DNA from: an uncultured delta proteobacterium
GTDB lineage: Bacteria > Desulfobacterota > Binatia > DP-6
Assembly (NCBI GenBank): GCA_963815115.1
Contig: CAWFFN010000005.1
Span: 1,376,001 to 1,440,000, forward strand
Direction of reading: 5' to 3'
DNA: 64,000 nt
Positions 45,710 through 56,710 of the stretch are shown in pieces (the first letter of the stretch is position 1; each line of letters begins with the position of its first letter). The position numbers and the translations under genes were made by a program. The notes below the pieces were generated by a model. That model was not told the DNA's origin, made no database searches, and saw only the letters and a list, made by a program, of their open reading frames with translations.

Positions 45710-46627
45710 ATGTCCACGTCGCACGGCACCGCAGCGCAGCGGGCTCTCTGGAAACTTCCCCTCGGCTCCCTGGTTCTCGTGGCCTCCGCCGGCATCGGCC
45801 TCTTCGCAGGGGATGCCACCGCCGGCCTGAGTCCCGGCCAGACCTGCGCGGCCAAGAAGCTCAAGGAGGCGGTGAAGGTGGTCGGGACGATGCTCAAGTG
45901 CGTCCTGCCACCGGGACCACCTACCGACCAGGGTGTTCCCCCGGGCCCCTGCACCCAGGCTGCCGGCGCGCGCCTCGCCGAAGCCTTCGTCAAGCTCGAG
46001 GCCAAGGGCGGCTGCGTCACCACCGACGATGCCCACTCGATCCAGCTGACGCTCGAGGACCTGGTCGCAAGGCTGTCGGTACTCCTGCCATCCGACCCGC
46101 CGTGCGCCGTTCCGGAGCAGGCGTGCGGGTCGTGCGCCGGCGGCGGCATCTGCGAGCCGGCGCTCCCCAGCAGTCAGAATCGGAATGTGTGCATCGATCA
46201 CGGGGCGATCGTCGGCCACACCTGTTCGCTGACCACGTGCGCCTCCGATGCCGATTGTCCGAAGGGCGAGGCGTGCTTCCAGCCAAGCGGGACGACCACG
46301 GAGGTCCCGCCGGTGTGCTGCTCCGTCTGTCCGGGTTGCAACGACAACGATCCCTGCACGCAGGACCTGGAGGACGGACCCCTGTGCGCGCACAGGCCCG
46401 CCCCTGACGCGATTCTGTGCGACGACGGCAATTTCTGCAACGGGCATGAGACCTGCCACCAGGCCGCCTGTAGGGCCGGGGCTCCCCCGATCTGTATTGA
46501 CGGGAACGATTGCACTGTCGACTTCTGTGACCCCATCACGGGCTGTGGGCACACGAATCTTCCACCCACCACCCCCTGCTCCCTGGGGGCTGGGGTCGGT
46601 CATTGCCAGGACGGCGTGTGCGAGTAG
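45710..46627 (+). CDS. Secreted Cys-rich protein with Dictyostelium-type repeats
   Basis: GGAGG RBS, signal peptide, [10 protein letters not shown] / [13 protein letters not shown] / [12 protein letters not shown]. Confidence 0.75.
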   Translation: MSTSHGTAAQRALWKLPLGSLVLVASAGIGLFAGDATAGLSPGQTCAAKKLKEAVKVVGTMLKCVLPPGPPTDQGVPPGPCTQAAGARLAEAFVKLEAKGGCVTTDDAHSIQLTLEDLVARLSVLLPSDPPCAVPEQACGSCAGGGICEPALPSSQNRNVCIDHGAIVGHTCSLTTCASDADCPKGEACFQPSGTTTEVPPVCCSVCPGCNDNDPCTQDLEDGPLCAHRPAPDAILCDDGNFCNGHETCHQAACRAGAPPICIDGNDCTVDFCDPITGCGHTNLPPTTPCSLGAGVGHCQDGVCE

Positions 46628-46902
46628 CGCGCACGCGCGGGGCCTGAACGGCGCGGGGGTGTGCACGGCGACGTGCTGATCGTCGGCACGTCGCCGGTCG
46701 CCGGCGCGTCACCGTTCGGCGAGCAGGATGAGCTCGACGACGAACGCGGCCGAGCCGGCGCGCTCCGGACGGCGTGCAAGCGACCCCAGCGCATCAGCAG
46801 CGCCCGCCCGCTTCCTCCTCGAGCAAGCACGCGGCGTCGCACGTCGCTGCCGTAGTCTCAATTGAGCCTACCGACAAGCGGGCTGCAGGTGAAGAGACCA
46901 AG

Positions 46903-47129
46903 ATGGCGGACTGGGTGCCGCGGCGGACGGCGTGCGGCATTTGGAGCGCGGGCGCCAGCCCGATGGTCGACTTCCAGGGCCTGGTGGGGCGGCGAGCACG
47001 GACGAACCCCGGTGCGCTGCTGCGCGGCGGCTCGTTCGTCGACGGGACGTTCGCCGGCCCGCTCAGGTCTATGGCCACATCAGCTCGTCGTTCCCGGGCG
47101 GCGGCATCGACTTTCGGTGCGCGTGCTAG
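46903..47129 (+). pseudogene. FGE-sulfatase-like C-terminal fragment
   Basis: ADWV...GALLRGGSF..GTFAGP / IDFRCA. Confidence 0.5.
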
Positions 47130-47270
47130 AAAACTGAAGCCCTGACCCGTCGAGCCGCCATCGACGCCTCGCTCCGGAGCAGCGCGGCTCGGCCATGCGC
47201 AGAACGACGCCGGACCTGGAGCAGCCTGGGGCCGATTGCACTGCGGGAAGCCCGATCGCATACTCGAAGA

Positions 47271-47483
47271 GTGCGGCTCGGCCAACGCTTCGATGTGGCG
47301 GATTGGAACCGTCTCGACCTAGAGGCGCAGCGCGCACGCCTGCACGACGTCCCGATCGAGCAGCGTTTGGAGGAGGTGCTGGCCTGGTCGGCGGTGCTGC
47401 TGGCCGACGAGCTCGAGCGTTCGGGCGGGCGTCCCCTGGCGGAGCGTCCGGTTCCGGCGGGCTTGGGCAGCCACCTGCGGTGA
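47271..47483 (+). CDS. Small protein upstream of a nucleotidyltransferase (antitoxin-like)
   Basis: 70 aa; GTGA overlap with the next gene. Confidence 0.4.
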   Translation: MRLGQRFDVADWNRLDLEAQRARLHDVPIEQRLEEVLAWSAVLLADELERSGGRPLAERPVPAGLGSHLR

Positions 47484-47974
47484 AGTACGACGCCGCGGAG
47501 CTGCAGCGCGTCTTTGCTGAGCAGATCGCCGCGCTCGGCCGAGCGCTGAGCTCGATCGGAGCGGAATACATGCTCATCGGCGGTCTGGCGGTCGGAGTAT
47601 GGGCCGAGCCGCGAGCGACCAAGGACTGCGACGTATCCCTGCGGGTACGTGCGTCTCCCGCTGAGCTCCGGGACGCGCTGACGAACGCCGGGCTCGAGGT
47701 CCTGCGTGGAGACCTCGCTCGCGCGCACGCCAAGGGTGAGGCCGTCCGTCTCAGACGTCCGCGGCGAGACTGACGAACCGATCGTCGTTGATCTCCTGTT
47801 CGCCTTCCGGAGGATCTCTTCGTGTTCAAGCTCATCGCGGGCCGGCCCCAGGACATGGCAGATGCACATCGAATCTTCGCGCTTCATGGAGCCACCTTCG
47901 ATCTCGAGCGAGTCCGCCGCTGGTGCCGGGACTTCGAGGTAGAAGAACGCCTCGACGCGCTCGCCACGACCTGA
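47480..47974 (+). pseudogene. Nucleotidyltransferase (DUF6036/AbiEii-like), frameshifted or deleted
   Basis: YMLIGGLAVGVWAEPRATKDCD; later EDLFVFKLIAGRPQD. Confidence 0.6.
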
Positions 47975-48099
47975 TCTGGCCAGAGCGGAGCTTCGATGCA
48001 GTGGCGGCATGGTTCGTCGCGCCGGGAGCAGTGAAGGCCGACCATGTGCCGGAAGGTGAGGTTCACACGTGGTCCCGGTAGCGGCCGAGCGTGCGCTCG

Positions 48100-48250
48100 T
48101 TTCTCGACTGGCAGGCGTCGCTCGATCGCATCGACCAGGCGGAGGCGGCGCTCGCCGCCTCCCGGGTCCAGTTCGACCTGGCCGAGAAGCGCTACGAGAC
48201 CGGACTCGGCTCGATCATCGAGCTGACCGACGCGCAGCGGCGCTTTCGGT
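48100..48250 (+). pseudogene. TolC-family fragment
   Basis: QAEAAL...FDLAEKRYETGLGSIIELTDAQ. Confidence 0.6.
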
Positions 48251-48277
48251 CCGCGCGACTTTTGTCCAGCGGCCGGC

Positions 48278-49960
48278 TCACGCCGCGGGCGACGCATCTC
48301 CGCCGGGGCCGACCAGGCCTGCAGCGCGCAGAGCGCGATAGGTCGTGTAGCCGCCCGAGAGGTTCGCCGCGTCGTGGTCGTGCTGGCGCAGCAGGCGCAC
48401 GGCATAGTAGCCGCGCTGCCCCACCTGGCAGTACACGGCCAGCGGCCGATCACGCGGCAGGTCCGCATGGCGCCGACGGAGCTGGGACAGCGGGACGTTG
48501 ACCGCGCCCTCGATATGTCCGGCGGCAAACTCCTCCGCCTCGCGCACGTCGATGACGTGTCGCTCGCCGAGGCGCTGCCAGTCCGCGAGCGGCATGTCCC
48601 CGTCCAAGTGATTGGTGGCGATCATGCCGGCAAGGTTCACGGGATCTTTCGCGGCCCCGAACTGCGGCGCGTAGCACAGCTCCGCTTCCGCGAGGTCGCG
48701 CACCGTGCCGCCCATCTGGATCATCGTGGCGATCACGTCGATACGCTTCTCGACGCCCTCGAGTCCGATGGCCTGGGCGCCGAGCACCCGGCCCTCCGGG
48801 ACGGAGAACAGCAGCTTCAGATGGATCGGGCGTGCGCCGGGATAGTAGCCGGCGTGATGGCCGGGATGCAGGTAGACGCGCTCGAAGGCGGTCACGCCCG
48901 CCCGCCGTAGTCCCTTCTCGCTGGCGCCGGTGGAGGCGACGGTCAGTCCAAAGACGCCCACCACCGCCGTGGCCTGCACGCCCCGGAACTCGCGATGGCG
49001 CCCGCAGATCGCGTCCGCGGCGACGCGGCCCTGGCGGTTCGCGGGGCCGGCCAGCGGCACGATCACGTCCTGGCCCGTGACGACGTCGCACACCTCCACC
49101 GCGTCGCCCACCGCCCAGATGGCCGGGTCGGCGGTCCGCATCTGGGCATCCACGAGGATCCCGCCGCGCGGGCCGAGCGGCAGTCCGGCGGCCGCCGCGA
49201 GGCCGGTCTCCGGCCGCACGCCGATGGCCAGGATCACGAGGTCGGCCGCGAGGCGCGCGCCGGATTCGGTGATGGCCACGATGCCCGAGCCGTCGGGCTC
49301 GAAGCGCGCCAGGCCGTCGCCCAGGCGCACCGTCACGCCCTGCTCGGCCAGGTGTGCGCGCACCGGTTCCGCCATCTCGGGGTCGAGCGGCGGCATCACC
49401 TGCGGCAGCTTCTCGAGCACGGACACCGCGAGGCCGCGGCGCGCCAGGTTCTCGGCCATCTCGAGGCCGATGAACCCGCCCCCGACGACGAGCGCCCGGG
49501 CCGGCTGGCGCTGCTCGATCCACGAGCGGATGCCGACGCTGTCGGGAATGGTGCGGACGGCGAAGATACCCGGGAGGTCGATGCCCGGCATCGCGGGACG
49601 GATGGGCGCCGCACCCGGGGACAGCACGAGCGCGTCATAGGGCTCCCGGCGCACGCGGCGGTTGGCGAGGTCGAGCACCGTGATCGTCTGCGCTTCCCGG
49701 TCGATCGCGGTCACCTCGTGCCGCGTGTGGACCGCGATGGCGAAGCGCTCGCGGAAGAGGTCGCTGGTGGCGACGAGCAGCTGGCGCTGATCCGCGATGA
49801 CGTTGCCGACGAAGTACGGCAATCCACAGTTGGCAAACGACACGTGTGGCCCGCGGTCGAAGATCACGATCTCCGCCGACTCGTCGAGACGGCGCAGCCG
49901 CGCGGCGCATGATGCGCCGCCGGCGACCCCTCCGACGATGAGGACGCGCCGCCTGGCCAC
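48278..49960 (-). CDS. CoA-disulfide/persulfide reductase with C-terminal rhodanese domain
   Basis: GGVAGGAS, SFANCGLPY, GGGFIGLE, ELCYAP, DVRE...YCQVGQRGY. Confidence 0.92.
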   Translation of the reverse strand: MARRRVLIVGGVAGGASCAARLRRLDESAEIVIFDRGPHVSFANCGLPYFVGNVIADQRQLLVATSDLFRERFAIAVHTRHEVTAIDREAQTITVLDLANRRVRREPYDALVLSPGAAPIRPAMPGIDLPGIFAVRTIPDSVGIRSWIEQRQPARALVVGGGFIGLEMAENLARRGLAVSVLEKLPQVMPPLDPEMAEPVRAHLAEQGVTVRLGDGLARFEPDGSGIVAITESGARLAADLVILAIGVRPETGLAAAAGLPLGPRGGILVDAQMRTADPAIWAVGDAVEVCDVVTGQDVIVPLAGPANRQGRVAADAICGRHREFRGVQATAVVGVFGLTVASTGASEKGLRRAGVTAFERVYLHPGHHAGYYPGARPIHLKLLFSVPEGRVLGAQAIGLEGVEKRIDVIATMIQMGGTVRDLAEAELCYAPQFGAAKDPVNLAGMIATNHLDGDMPLADWQRLGERHVIDVREAEEFAAGHIEGAVNVPLSQLRRRHADLPRDRPLAVYCQVGQRGYYAVRLLRQHDHDAANLSGGYTTYRALRAAGLVGPGGDASPAA

Positions 49961-50475
49961 GCCCCTCACCTCGCCGCCGTGCGGCAATGCCCGGCTCCGC
50001 CGAGACCGCCTCGGTGGGCGCGCCGGTGGCCAGCTCGGGCCCGCTCCGTCTTGCGGTCCAGCGTGACAGGGCCACGCGCGCTCCGGACCGCTGCCACGTC
50101 GCGGATCGTCACCGTGGCCCCAGCGACAGAATCCGGGCGGCGCAGCGGTCTTGGAGGCATTCGTACTCATAGCACTCGGCGTGCCAACGATGCACCGCGC
50201 ATCCTCCGGGCGGCATTCCCCTCCGTGCGACGCGCGGGCGCTTCGAACTGGCGCCGGCGAGAAACTCCGGCCGAGACGAGGTCCCGGGCCGGTCTGCCAG
50301 TCCGGCGTGACCTTCAGCCGGGTTGGCAGCGAGGGTATCTGCGCGCGCAGCACCAGCGGCTCGCCCTTGCTCCTCGGTGGTGATCTTCGCTCCGTGGTGC
50401 CAGAACGTCGCGACCTATTGGGTTCTGGTATGCTGTCGAGCGGGATCGGGCGGCTCGTGGCACAGGGAGTTCACG

Positions 50476-51177
50476 ATGGACATCCATCCATTCTTCGACG
50501 CAGCCACCTCGACGCTGACATACGTCGTGCACGACGGCGGCCACGCGGTGGTGATCGACCCGGTGCGAGACTTCGATCCGCGCAACGCCGGCACCTCGTG
50601 GGCGTTCGCACAGGCGGTCGCGGACCATCTCGACGAGCGGCGTCTGGTGGTCGACTACGCGATCGATACCCATGCGCACGCCGACCACATGACGGGCCTG
50701 CCGTTCTTCGTCGAGCGCTACGGTGCGCGCACGGTCACCGGGAGCAAAATCGGCGCCATCCAGCGCATCTTCCGCGACGTGTACGATCTCGGGCCCCACT
50801 TCCCCGTCGATGGCCGGCAGTTCGACGTGCTGCTGGACGAAGGCGATCGACTCGAGTTCGGGTCGCTCACCGTCCGGGCTCTGCACACCCCGGGCCATAC
50901 CCCGGCGCACATGTCGTGGCAGATCGGCGACGCGGTGTTTCTTGGCGATACCCTCTTCGCGCCCGACTACGGTACGGCGCGGTGCGACTTTCCGGGCGGC
51001 TCCGCGGAACAGCTCTGGGACTCGATCCAGCGGCTCTACGCCATGCCGGACGGCACCCGGCTGCAGGTGAACATCCGCGCCGGCGCGCTGCCCGAACCAG
51101 CGCCGAACGGCGTGTCCTACCTGCGCATCCCCCTCGACTACCTCGGCCGGCGGCGGACGCCCGAGGTGGCTCCGTGA
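50476..51177 (+). CDS. Persulfide dioxygenase-like MBL protein (appears internally shortened)
   Basis: [35 protein letters not shown]-terminal QVNIRAG..P..NGVSYL. Confidence 0.85.
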   Translation: MDIHPFFDAATSTLTYVVHDGGHAVVIDPVRDFDPRNAGTSWAFAQAVADHLDERRLVVDYAIDTHAHADHMTGLPFFVERYGARTVTGSKIGAIQRIFRDVYDLGPHFPVDGRQFDVLLDEGDRLEFGSLTVRALHTPGHTPAHMSWQIGDAVFLGDTLFAPDYGTARCDFPGGSAEQLWDSIQRLYAMPDGTRLQVNIRAGALPEPAPNGVSYLRIPLDYLGRRRTPEVAP

Positions 51178-51602
51178 CCGAGTTCACGCCCGTCTCCTCG
51201 CTCGCCGGCGGCGCGCTCATCGGCGCCGCGGCGACGCTGCTGCTCTGGCTCGATGGCCGCATCGCCGGCATCAGCGGCATCGTCGGCGGTCTGCTGCGCC
51301 GCCGACCCGGCGACATGGCATGGCGCGCCGCCTTCGTCGTCGGTCTCCTCGCGGGTGGCCTCGTGCTGCGGCTCGTCGCCCCGGCCACGGTCGCCTTCGC
51401 GCTCCAACGTTCCCCGGCAACGCTGATCATTGCCGGCCTCCTGGTGGGGTACGGCACCCAGCTCGGCAACGGCTGTACGAGCGGTCACGGGGTGTGCGGT
51501 CTCAGTCGTGGGTCGCGGCGCTCGCTGGCGGCGACGGTCGCCTTCATGACGACGGGAGTCCTGACCGCGCTCGCGGCGCGCCTGCTCGGAGGCGCCCCGT
51601 GA
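51174..51602 (+). CDS. YeeE/YedE sulfur transporter subunit
   Basis: [30 protein letters not shown]. Confidence 0.9.
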   Translation: MTEFTPVSSLAGGALIGAAATLLLWLDGRIAGISGIVGGLLRRRPGDMAWRAAFVVGLLAGGLVLRLVAPATVAFALQRSPATLIIAGLLVGYGTQLGNGCTSGHGVCGLSRGSRRSLAATVAFMTTGVLTALAARLLGGAP

Positions 51603-52051
51603 TCGCTCTGGCGGCGCTGGTGGCCGGTCTGGTGTTTGCCCTCGGCCTCGGGCTCGGTGGCATGACGCAGCCGGCAAAGGTGATCGGCTTCCTCGATGTC
51701 GGCGGCGATTGGGATCCGAGCCTCGCCTGCGTGATGGCGGGGGCGCTCGTGGTGCATGGGCTCCTCGTTCGGCTCGTCCTGCGCCGGTCGGCGCCTGTCC
51801 TGGCATCCCGCTTCGTTCTCCCCGCCCGCACCGATCTCGACGCATCCCTGATATCGGGAGGCGTGCTCTTCGGCGTCGGGTGGGGGCTCGTCGGCTTCTG
51901 CCCAGGTCCGGCGGTGACCGCACTCGGCGGCGGCATGCCCGAGGCCGTGGTGTTCGTGTCGGCCATGTTGGCCGGGATGGCGGTCGAGCACCTGGTCGCG
52001 CGCCGCCGCGCCAGCATCGGCGGAGCGGCCTCGGCTCCGGCCGTCAGGTAG
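51599..52051 (+). CDS. YeeE/YedE (DUF6691) sulfur transporter subunit
   Basis: [32 protein letters not shown]. Confidence 0.9.
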   Translation: MIALAALVAGLVFALGLGLGGMTQPAKVIGFLDVGGDWDPSLACVMAGALVVHGLLVRLVLRRSAPVLASRFVLPARTDLDASLISGGVLFGVGWGLVGFCPGPAVTALGGGMPEAVVFVSAMLAGMAVEHLVARRRASIGGAASAPAVR

Positions 52052-52068
52052 ACCCAAGCAGCTCGCCG

Positions 52069-52455
52069 ATGCGACGCCCCGCGCTCAACCTCGTGGTCGA
52101 TGCGATCGCGTTCGCGGGTTTCGTGTTCATGACCGCGAGTGGTGTCCTGCTGCGCTTCGTCCTGCCGCCGGGGAGCGGTCACCGCACGAGCATCTGGGGG
52201 CTCAATCGGCACGAGTGGGGGGGGATTCACTACTGGACGGCCGTCGCCCTCCTGACCGCGCTCTCGGTGCACGTCGTGCTGCACGGGAAGTGGATCGTGC
52301 ACATGGTTCGTGGCCAGCAACGCGAAGGCTCCGGCATCCGGGTCGCGCTGGGTCTCGTCGCCCTGGTGGCGATCCTGGCGCTGGCCGCCGCACCGCTCTT
52401 CAGCCCGGTTGAGCGGGTCGCACCCGCACGACGGCGGGGAGGGCACGACTTCTAG
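52069..52455 (+). CDS. DUF4405 family membrane protein
   Basis: GLNRHEWGGIHYW...HVVLHGKW. Confidence 0.75.
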   Translation: MRRPALNLVVDAIAFAGFVFMTASGVLLRFVLPPGSGHRTSIWGLNRHEWGGIHYWTAVALLTALSVHVVLHGKWIVHMVRGQQREGSGIRVALGLVALVAILALAAAPLFSPVERVAPARRRGGHDF

Positions 52456-52630
52456 CGCGGCTCGATGTGTCCGCACGGGACGTGTGGAACCGCATCGTCC
52501 AGTTCGACACGAAAGACGGCATGTGCCGGTCGAAGACGTGGTGCGCCAGCCGTATGCCATGCCTGGATGTCGAAAATCCGTGAGGCGACTTGAAAGGTGC
52601 ACATTCAGATGAGACGATCGTGCGACAACG

Positions 52631-53038
52631 ATGAGCCCGACCCTACGAGGTGGCTTGCTCGTGCTGCTTCTCGCGACGACGGTGGGCGCTGCCGATCCGG
52701 CCGGTCGGACGCTGTATCTGCGCTACTGTGCCTCCTGCCACGGTCGTGACGGACGCGGTGACGGTCCCGTCGCTCCCGCGCTGGGTGAGAAGCCCACGGA
52801 CCTGACCAAGCTCGCTGCGGCGAACGGGGGCGTCTACAACCTGGACGCTGTCGTCGAGGCGATCGATGGAACACGCACGCTGCGCGCCCACGGGGTCTCC
52901 GAGATGCCGATCTGGGGCGAGGTCCTCCAGGCCGACCCCGCCGCGCCGCTCGAGCAACAGATCGTGGCGGGCGGGAGAGTCATTGCCATTGCCCGGTACT
53001 TGCGCTTCCTGCAAGGCGGCGGGCAGCCGTCTCACTGA
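52631..53038 (+). CDS. Monoheme cytochrome c
   Basis: Signal peptide, CASCHG, HG..MPIWG. Confidence 0.85.
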   Translation: MSPTLRGGLLVLLLATTVGAADPAGRTLYLRYCASCHGRDGRGDGPVAPALGEKPTDLTKLAAANGGVYNLDAVVEAIDGTRTLRAHGVSEMPIWGEVLQADPAAPLEQQIVAGGRVIAIARYLRFLQGGGQPSH

Positions 53039-53230
53039 CCGTCGATCGCATCTGCGTGGCTGCCCACCGCGGCGAGCGCATCGCCGCCCCGCAGCGACGG
53101 CGCGACTCGCTCCGGTGATGCTCACGAATCTGCCGCCACGACGTCGAGCGGGACACGCACATGGCTGTCACCATCGCGAGTGTTCTTCCATTGTTGAGCC
53201 GGGTCGCCTCTGGCCAGAGGGGAGTGAGAG

Positions 53231-53737
53231 ATGCATCTGGACGAAGTGAGCGACCGACTCATCGTTGGAGGCGCTCCATTGGCGGAGGACCTTCCGCGGC
53301 TCGTGAGTGTCGGTGTGCGCAGCATCATCGACCTACGCGGAGACGGAGAGCCCCGCCCGCAAGGGCTGCCACCGTGGGAAGAAGCGGAGCTCGCCCGGCG
53401 CGCAGGCCTCGCCTATCGCCAGGAGCCGGTGGAGCCACCGTCGCTCAGTGACGGGCTCGGGCACGCGGTTCGCCGGCTGGTTGCCGAAGGCACGCCCCGC
53501 GTCCTGCTCCATTGCACGACCGGCCGGCGGGCCACCGTTTTTGGCCTCCTCGTGCTTGCGTGCGAGCATGCGCTCACGGTGGATGAGTGCTTGCAGCGAG
53601 GCCGTTCCCTCGGCCTCGAGTTCAACACGATGCCCCGCCTCACGACCTTCCTTCGCCAGTACGTCGAACGGCACGGACGATGGTATCAGAACGCGGCGCG
53701 GGCGCTCACCCGACCCCCGAGCGACTACCAGGTATGA
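53231..53737 (+). CDS. DUF442/phosphatase-like sulfurtransferase
   Basis: GVRSIIDLR...LLHCTTGRRA. Confidence 0.7.
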   Translation: MHLDEVSDRLIVGGAPLAEDLPRLVSVGVRSIIDLRGDGEPRPQGLPPWEEAELARRAGLAYRQEPVEPPSLSDGLGHAVRRLVAEGTPRVLLHCTTGRRATVFGLLVLACEHALTVDECLQRGRSLGLEFNTMPRLTTFLRQYVERHGRWYQNAARALTRPPSDYQV

Positions 53738-53967
53738 TGGTGCCACCGTGTAGGCGAGTTTCAGGAGGCCAAGGCAGTTCTCCGCCATCCATGGCCCAAT
53801 CGAACGACGCCTCGACTCCGGGCTGAGTTCTCCGGTCACGATCTGAGAGTGCGCGGTCCGGTATGACGTCCCTCGGGGACGACGTGGTGGGTAGGGACGG
53901 GAGATGTCGGCAACCTGGACATCTTCAAGGTCCCGCCGATGCTACCTTCTTCTCCTTCCTCGTCCTC

Positions 53968-53997
53968 GACCGGCGGTTCGATTCCCCCCGCCTCCAC
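53968..53997 (+). other. tmRNA/tRNA 3'-end fragment (possible att scar)
   Basis: GACCGGCGGTTCGATTCCCCCCGCCTCCAC: T-loop plus ...CTCCAC acceptor end, with no 5' half. Confidence 0.55.
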
Positions 53998-54068
53998 TGT
54001 CGCAATGAATTCGAACCGCCGTCCGGGTCATCCAGGAGCTCAAGGAACGCGGTAGAAGACGCGCCCGG

Positions 54069-55349
54069 TCAGCGCCGGCTACGGAAGTACCTCTTGTAGC
54101 CCTCGGCCAGGGCGAGCAGGTCGGGATCGGCGTCGAACTTCGGCTGGAACTTCCGCCACGCCGCTTCACGCTTGGCCGGGATGTACTCGCTCGGCCAGTA
54201 GCCCTCGTGGGGCCGGTAGCCCTTCAGGACGTTGCGCGCCACCGTGGCCTTGTGGACCTCGTCGACGCCGTCGGCAATCCCCATGGTGGGTGCCGCCGCG
54301 TACATCGCCTGGATCGGCGTGAGGTCGGTGGTGCCCAGCGAGCCGAGGATGTGCAGGGCGTTGTAGGATACCTCACGAAGCACCTTGGCCATCGTGTACT
54401 TCACGGCGGCGATGTCGGTTCGGGCCTCCCGGGTGCTGCTGTTGTCGATCTTCCAGGCCGTCTCGAGCACGAAGAGGCGTAGCATGCGGATGGCGGCGTA
54501 GGAGTCCGCGATCGTCTCCTGCACCATCTGGTGCTCCGCGATGGTCTTGCCGTGCGACTCGCGGCTGAGCGCCCGCTCGCACATCATGTCGAAGGCGAGC
54601 TTGCACTGCGCGATGGTGCGCATCGCGTGGTGGATGCGACCGCCGCCGAGCCGCCGCTGGGCGAGCACCTTGGCACCGTCCTGCGGACCGAGCAGGTGGT
54701 CGAGAGGCACCCGGACGTCCTTGTAGATGATGTGGTTGTGGGTGCGCGGCTCCGGCTGGATCTCGACACCCGGCGTCTCGCGGGGAACCACGAACATGCC
54801 GTTCGTGCACATGACGAAGAGGATGTCGGCGACCCGACCGCCGGAGGTGAACCACTTCTCGCCGTTGATGACCCACTGGTCGCCGTCGCGCACCGCATGG
54901 GTCCTGAACAGGTTCGGGTCCGAGCCGCCCTGCGGCTCGGTCATCGAGTACGCCGAGAAGATCTCCTGGTTCAGGAGCGGCTTGAGCCAGCGCTCCTTCT
55001 GCGCCTCGGTGCCGTAGGCGGCCAGCATCTCCATGTTCCCGGTGTCGGGCGCGGCGGCGCCGAACAAGGCCGGGGCGGAGCCGTAGCGACCGAGAATCTC
55101 GTTGAGGAGGCCGAGCTTGAGCTGGCCGTAGCCGGGACCGCCGAGCTCCCCGTCGAGGAAGATGGCCCAGAGGCCCTGGTCCTTGATCTGGTCCTGGAGG
55201 CCCTTCACGAGCGCCTTGATCTTCGGGTCCTTGGAGCGGACCGCATAGGGAAACACGTAGTCGAGCGGTTCCACCTCCTCGCGGCAGAAGTGCTCCACCC
55301 AGTCGAGCTTTTTCTGGAATTCGGGTTCGGTCGAGAAGTCCCAGGCCAC
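54069..55349 (-). CDS. Acyl-CoA dehydrogenase
   Basis: APDTGNME, SMTEPQGGSDP, INGEKWF, RLGGGRIHH, IADGVDEVH. Confidence 0.92.
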   Translation of the reverse strand: MAWDFSTEPEFQKKLDWVEHFCREEVEPLDYVFPYAVRSKDPKIKALVKGLQDQIKDQGLWAIFLDGELGGPGYGQLKLGLLNEILGRYGSAPALFGAAAPDTGNMEMLAAYGTEAQKERWLKPLLNQEIFSAYSMTEPQGGSDPNLFRTHAVRDGDQWVINGEKWFTSGGRVADILFVMCTNGMFVVPRETPGVEIQPEPRTHNHIIYKDVRVPLDHLLGPQDGAKVLAQRRLGGGRIHHAMRTIAQCKLAFDMMCERALSRESHGKTIAEHQMVQETIADSYAAIRMLRLFVLETAWKIDNSSTREARTDIAAVKYTMAKVLREVSYNALHILGSLGTTDLTPIQAMYAAAPTMGIADGVDEVHKATVARNVLKGYRPHEGYWPSEYIPAKREAAWRKFQPKFDADPDLLALAEGYKRYFRSRR

Positions 55350-55448
55350 GGCGTCTCCTTTGTCTCTGGTGGGCCCGATCTTCGGGACCCACGGCCTCAC
55401 GCACTCGACCCGCATGGGCCAATCCGTCATTGCGTGTATTTCGAATTA

Positions 55449-55511
55449 CCCTTCGCCCCTACCAGCCCGCTGCCCGGCGCGTCTACCAGCCTGCCGCCCT
55501 TCCGTAAGACG
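55449..55511 (-). repeat. Partial relative of copy B (copy L)
   Basis: CCCTTCGCCCCTACCAGCC...GGCGCGTCTACCAGCC...CCGTAAGACGC aligns with 11151-11217. Confidence 0.6.
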
Positions 55512-55622
55512 CAGGAAACGGGCATGAACAGCGTCGACGCGCGATACGACTCTTGCCGTTGCGGTGCGGGACGTCTTGTCGGTTCGCACGCAGTCGCTTC
55601 GACGTTTCGCGGGGAGGTCGCG

Positions 55623-56615
55623 ATGGGTCGGATCATCGTCATGCTCGTGGTGCTTGCCGGATGCGCGACGCGGGGAGGCCACGCGCCGAGCGCGCCGTCG
55701 CTGCCGGCGTCGGCGATCGTCGCGACCATTCCCGTCGGGACGCCACCCACGCTGCTCGCGATGAGCCCCGACGGCTCGCGGGTCTTCGCGGCGTCGAGCG
55801 GCCAGCTGTCGATCATCCGGGCGAGCGATGCGCAGGTTGCGGCAACCGTGCCGATCCCGCCGTACACGAGCGGCGTGGCTGTCACGCCCGACGGCGCGCG
55901 GGTGCTCATCAACAGCGTGTCGGGCGTGTCGCTCACCGTCGTCGATGCGGCCAGCGGCGTCGTGCGGCGGCCGATCCCGCTCATCATGGATATCCATCCT
56001 GGCGGCTTCGAGCGAATCGTCGTCTCGCCGGACGGCCGGCGGGCCTACGTGGCGAACCAGGTGAAGGAGTACCTGGCGATCGCCGACCTCCGCGGCGGAC
56101 CGGCGAACGAATCGCTGCTCGACCTGCGGCCGAGCGACGTGACGCTCACGCCAGATGGTCGAACCCTCTACGTCACCGGCTGCCGGGAGTTCTGCACGAC
56201 GGGAACGGTCGAGGCGCTCGACACGGCGACGATGTCGACCGTGCGGTCGTTTGCGGTCGGCCCCTCCCCATATCGTTTCGCGCTCTCGCCCGCGGGCACG
56301 CGCGCCTACACGACGAACCTCGCCGCGCCGAGTGTATCCATCGTCGACGTCGCGGCGGGGACCGTCGTCGGAACGATTCCGGTCGGCGTCGAGCCCTCGG
56401 GGCTCGCGGTGTCACCCGACGGGACGCGCGTCTATGTCGCGAGCCAGATGGCGCGTGCGCTCACCGTCATCGATGCGCAGCATGGCGCAGTAGTCGCGAC
56501 GATGGCGACGCCGACGCAGCCGCGCGAGGTCGTCGTCAGCCCCGATGGCCGGCGCCTGTACCTGTCGACGCAGACCGCGGTGCTCGTGCTCGATACGACG
56601 CGTCTGGGAGGGTGA
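55623..56615 (+). CDS. YVTN/YncE beta-propeller lipoprotein
   Basis: LAGC lipobox; repeated IPVG..P...SPDG.R.YV. Confidence 0.85.
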   Translation: MGRIIVMLVVLAGCATRGGHAPSAPSLPASAIVATIPVGTPPTLLAMSPDGSRVFAASSGQLSIIRASDAQVAATVPIPPYTSGVAVTPDGARVLINSVSGVSLTVVDAASGVVRRPIPLIMDIHPGGFERIVVSPDGRRAYVANQVKEYLAIADLRGGPANESLLDLRPSDVTLTPDGRTLYVTGCREFCTTGTVEALDTATMSTVRSFAVGPSPYRFALSPAGTRAYTTNLAAPSVSIVDVAAGTVVGTIPVGVEPSGLAVSPDGTRVYVASQMARALTVIDAQHGAVVATMATPTQPREVVVSPDGRRLYLSTQTAVLVLDTTRLGG

Positions 56616-56710
56616 CATCCAGACCGGGAGACGACCGCGCAAGAACTCGATCCAGAAGACGGCCGAGCTTCCAGGTGTGGAGGGCCGCTCCGGGTCATCC
56701 CCCGTTCCGC

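Noticed and set aside
46903-47129. A complete diversity-generating retroelement
   Set aside because: No reverse transcriptase, Avd or TR/VR pair was seen in the window.
53940-54000. A full tRNA gene
   Set aside because: Only the T-arm and 3' acceptor strand are present; the upstream sequence cannot form D or anticodon arms.
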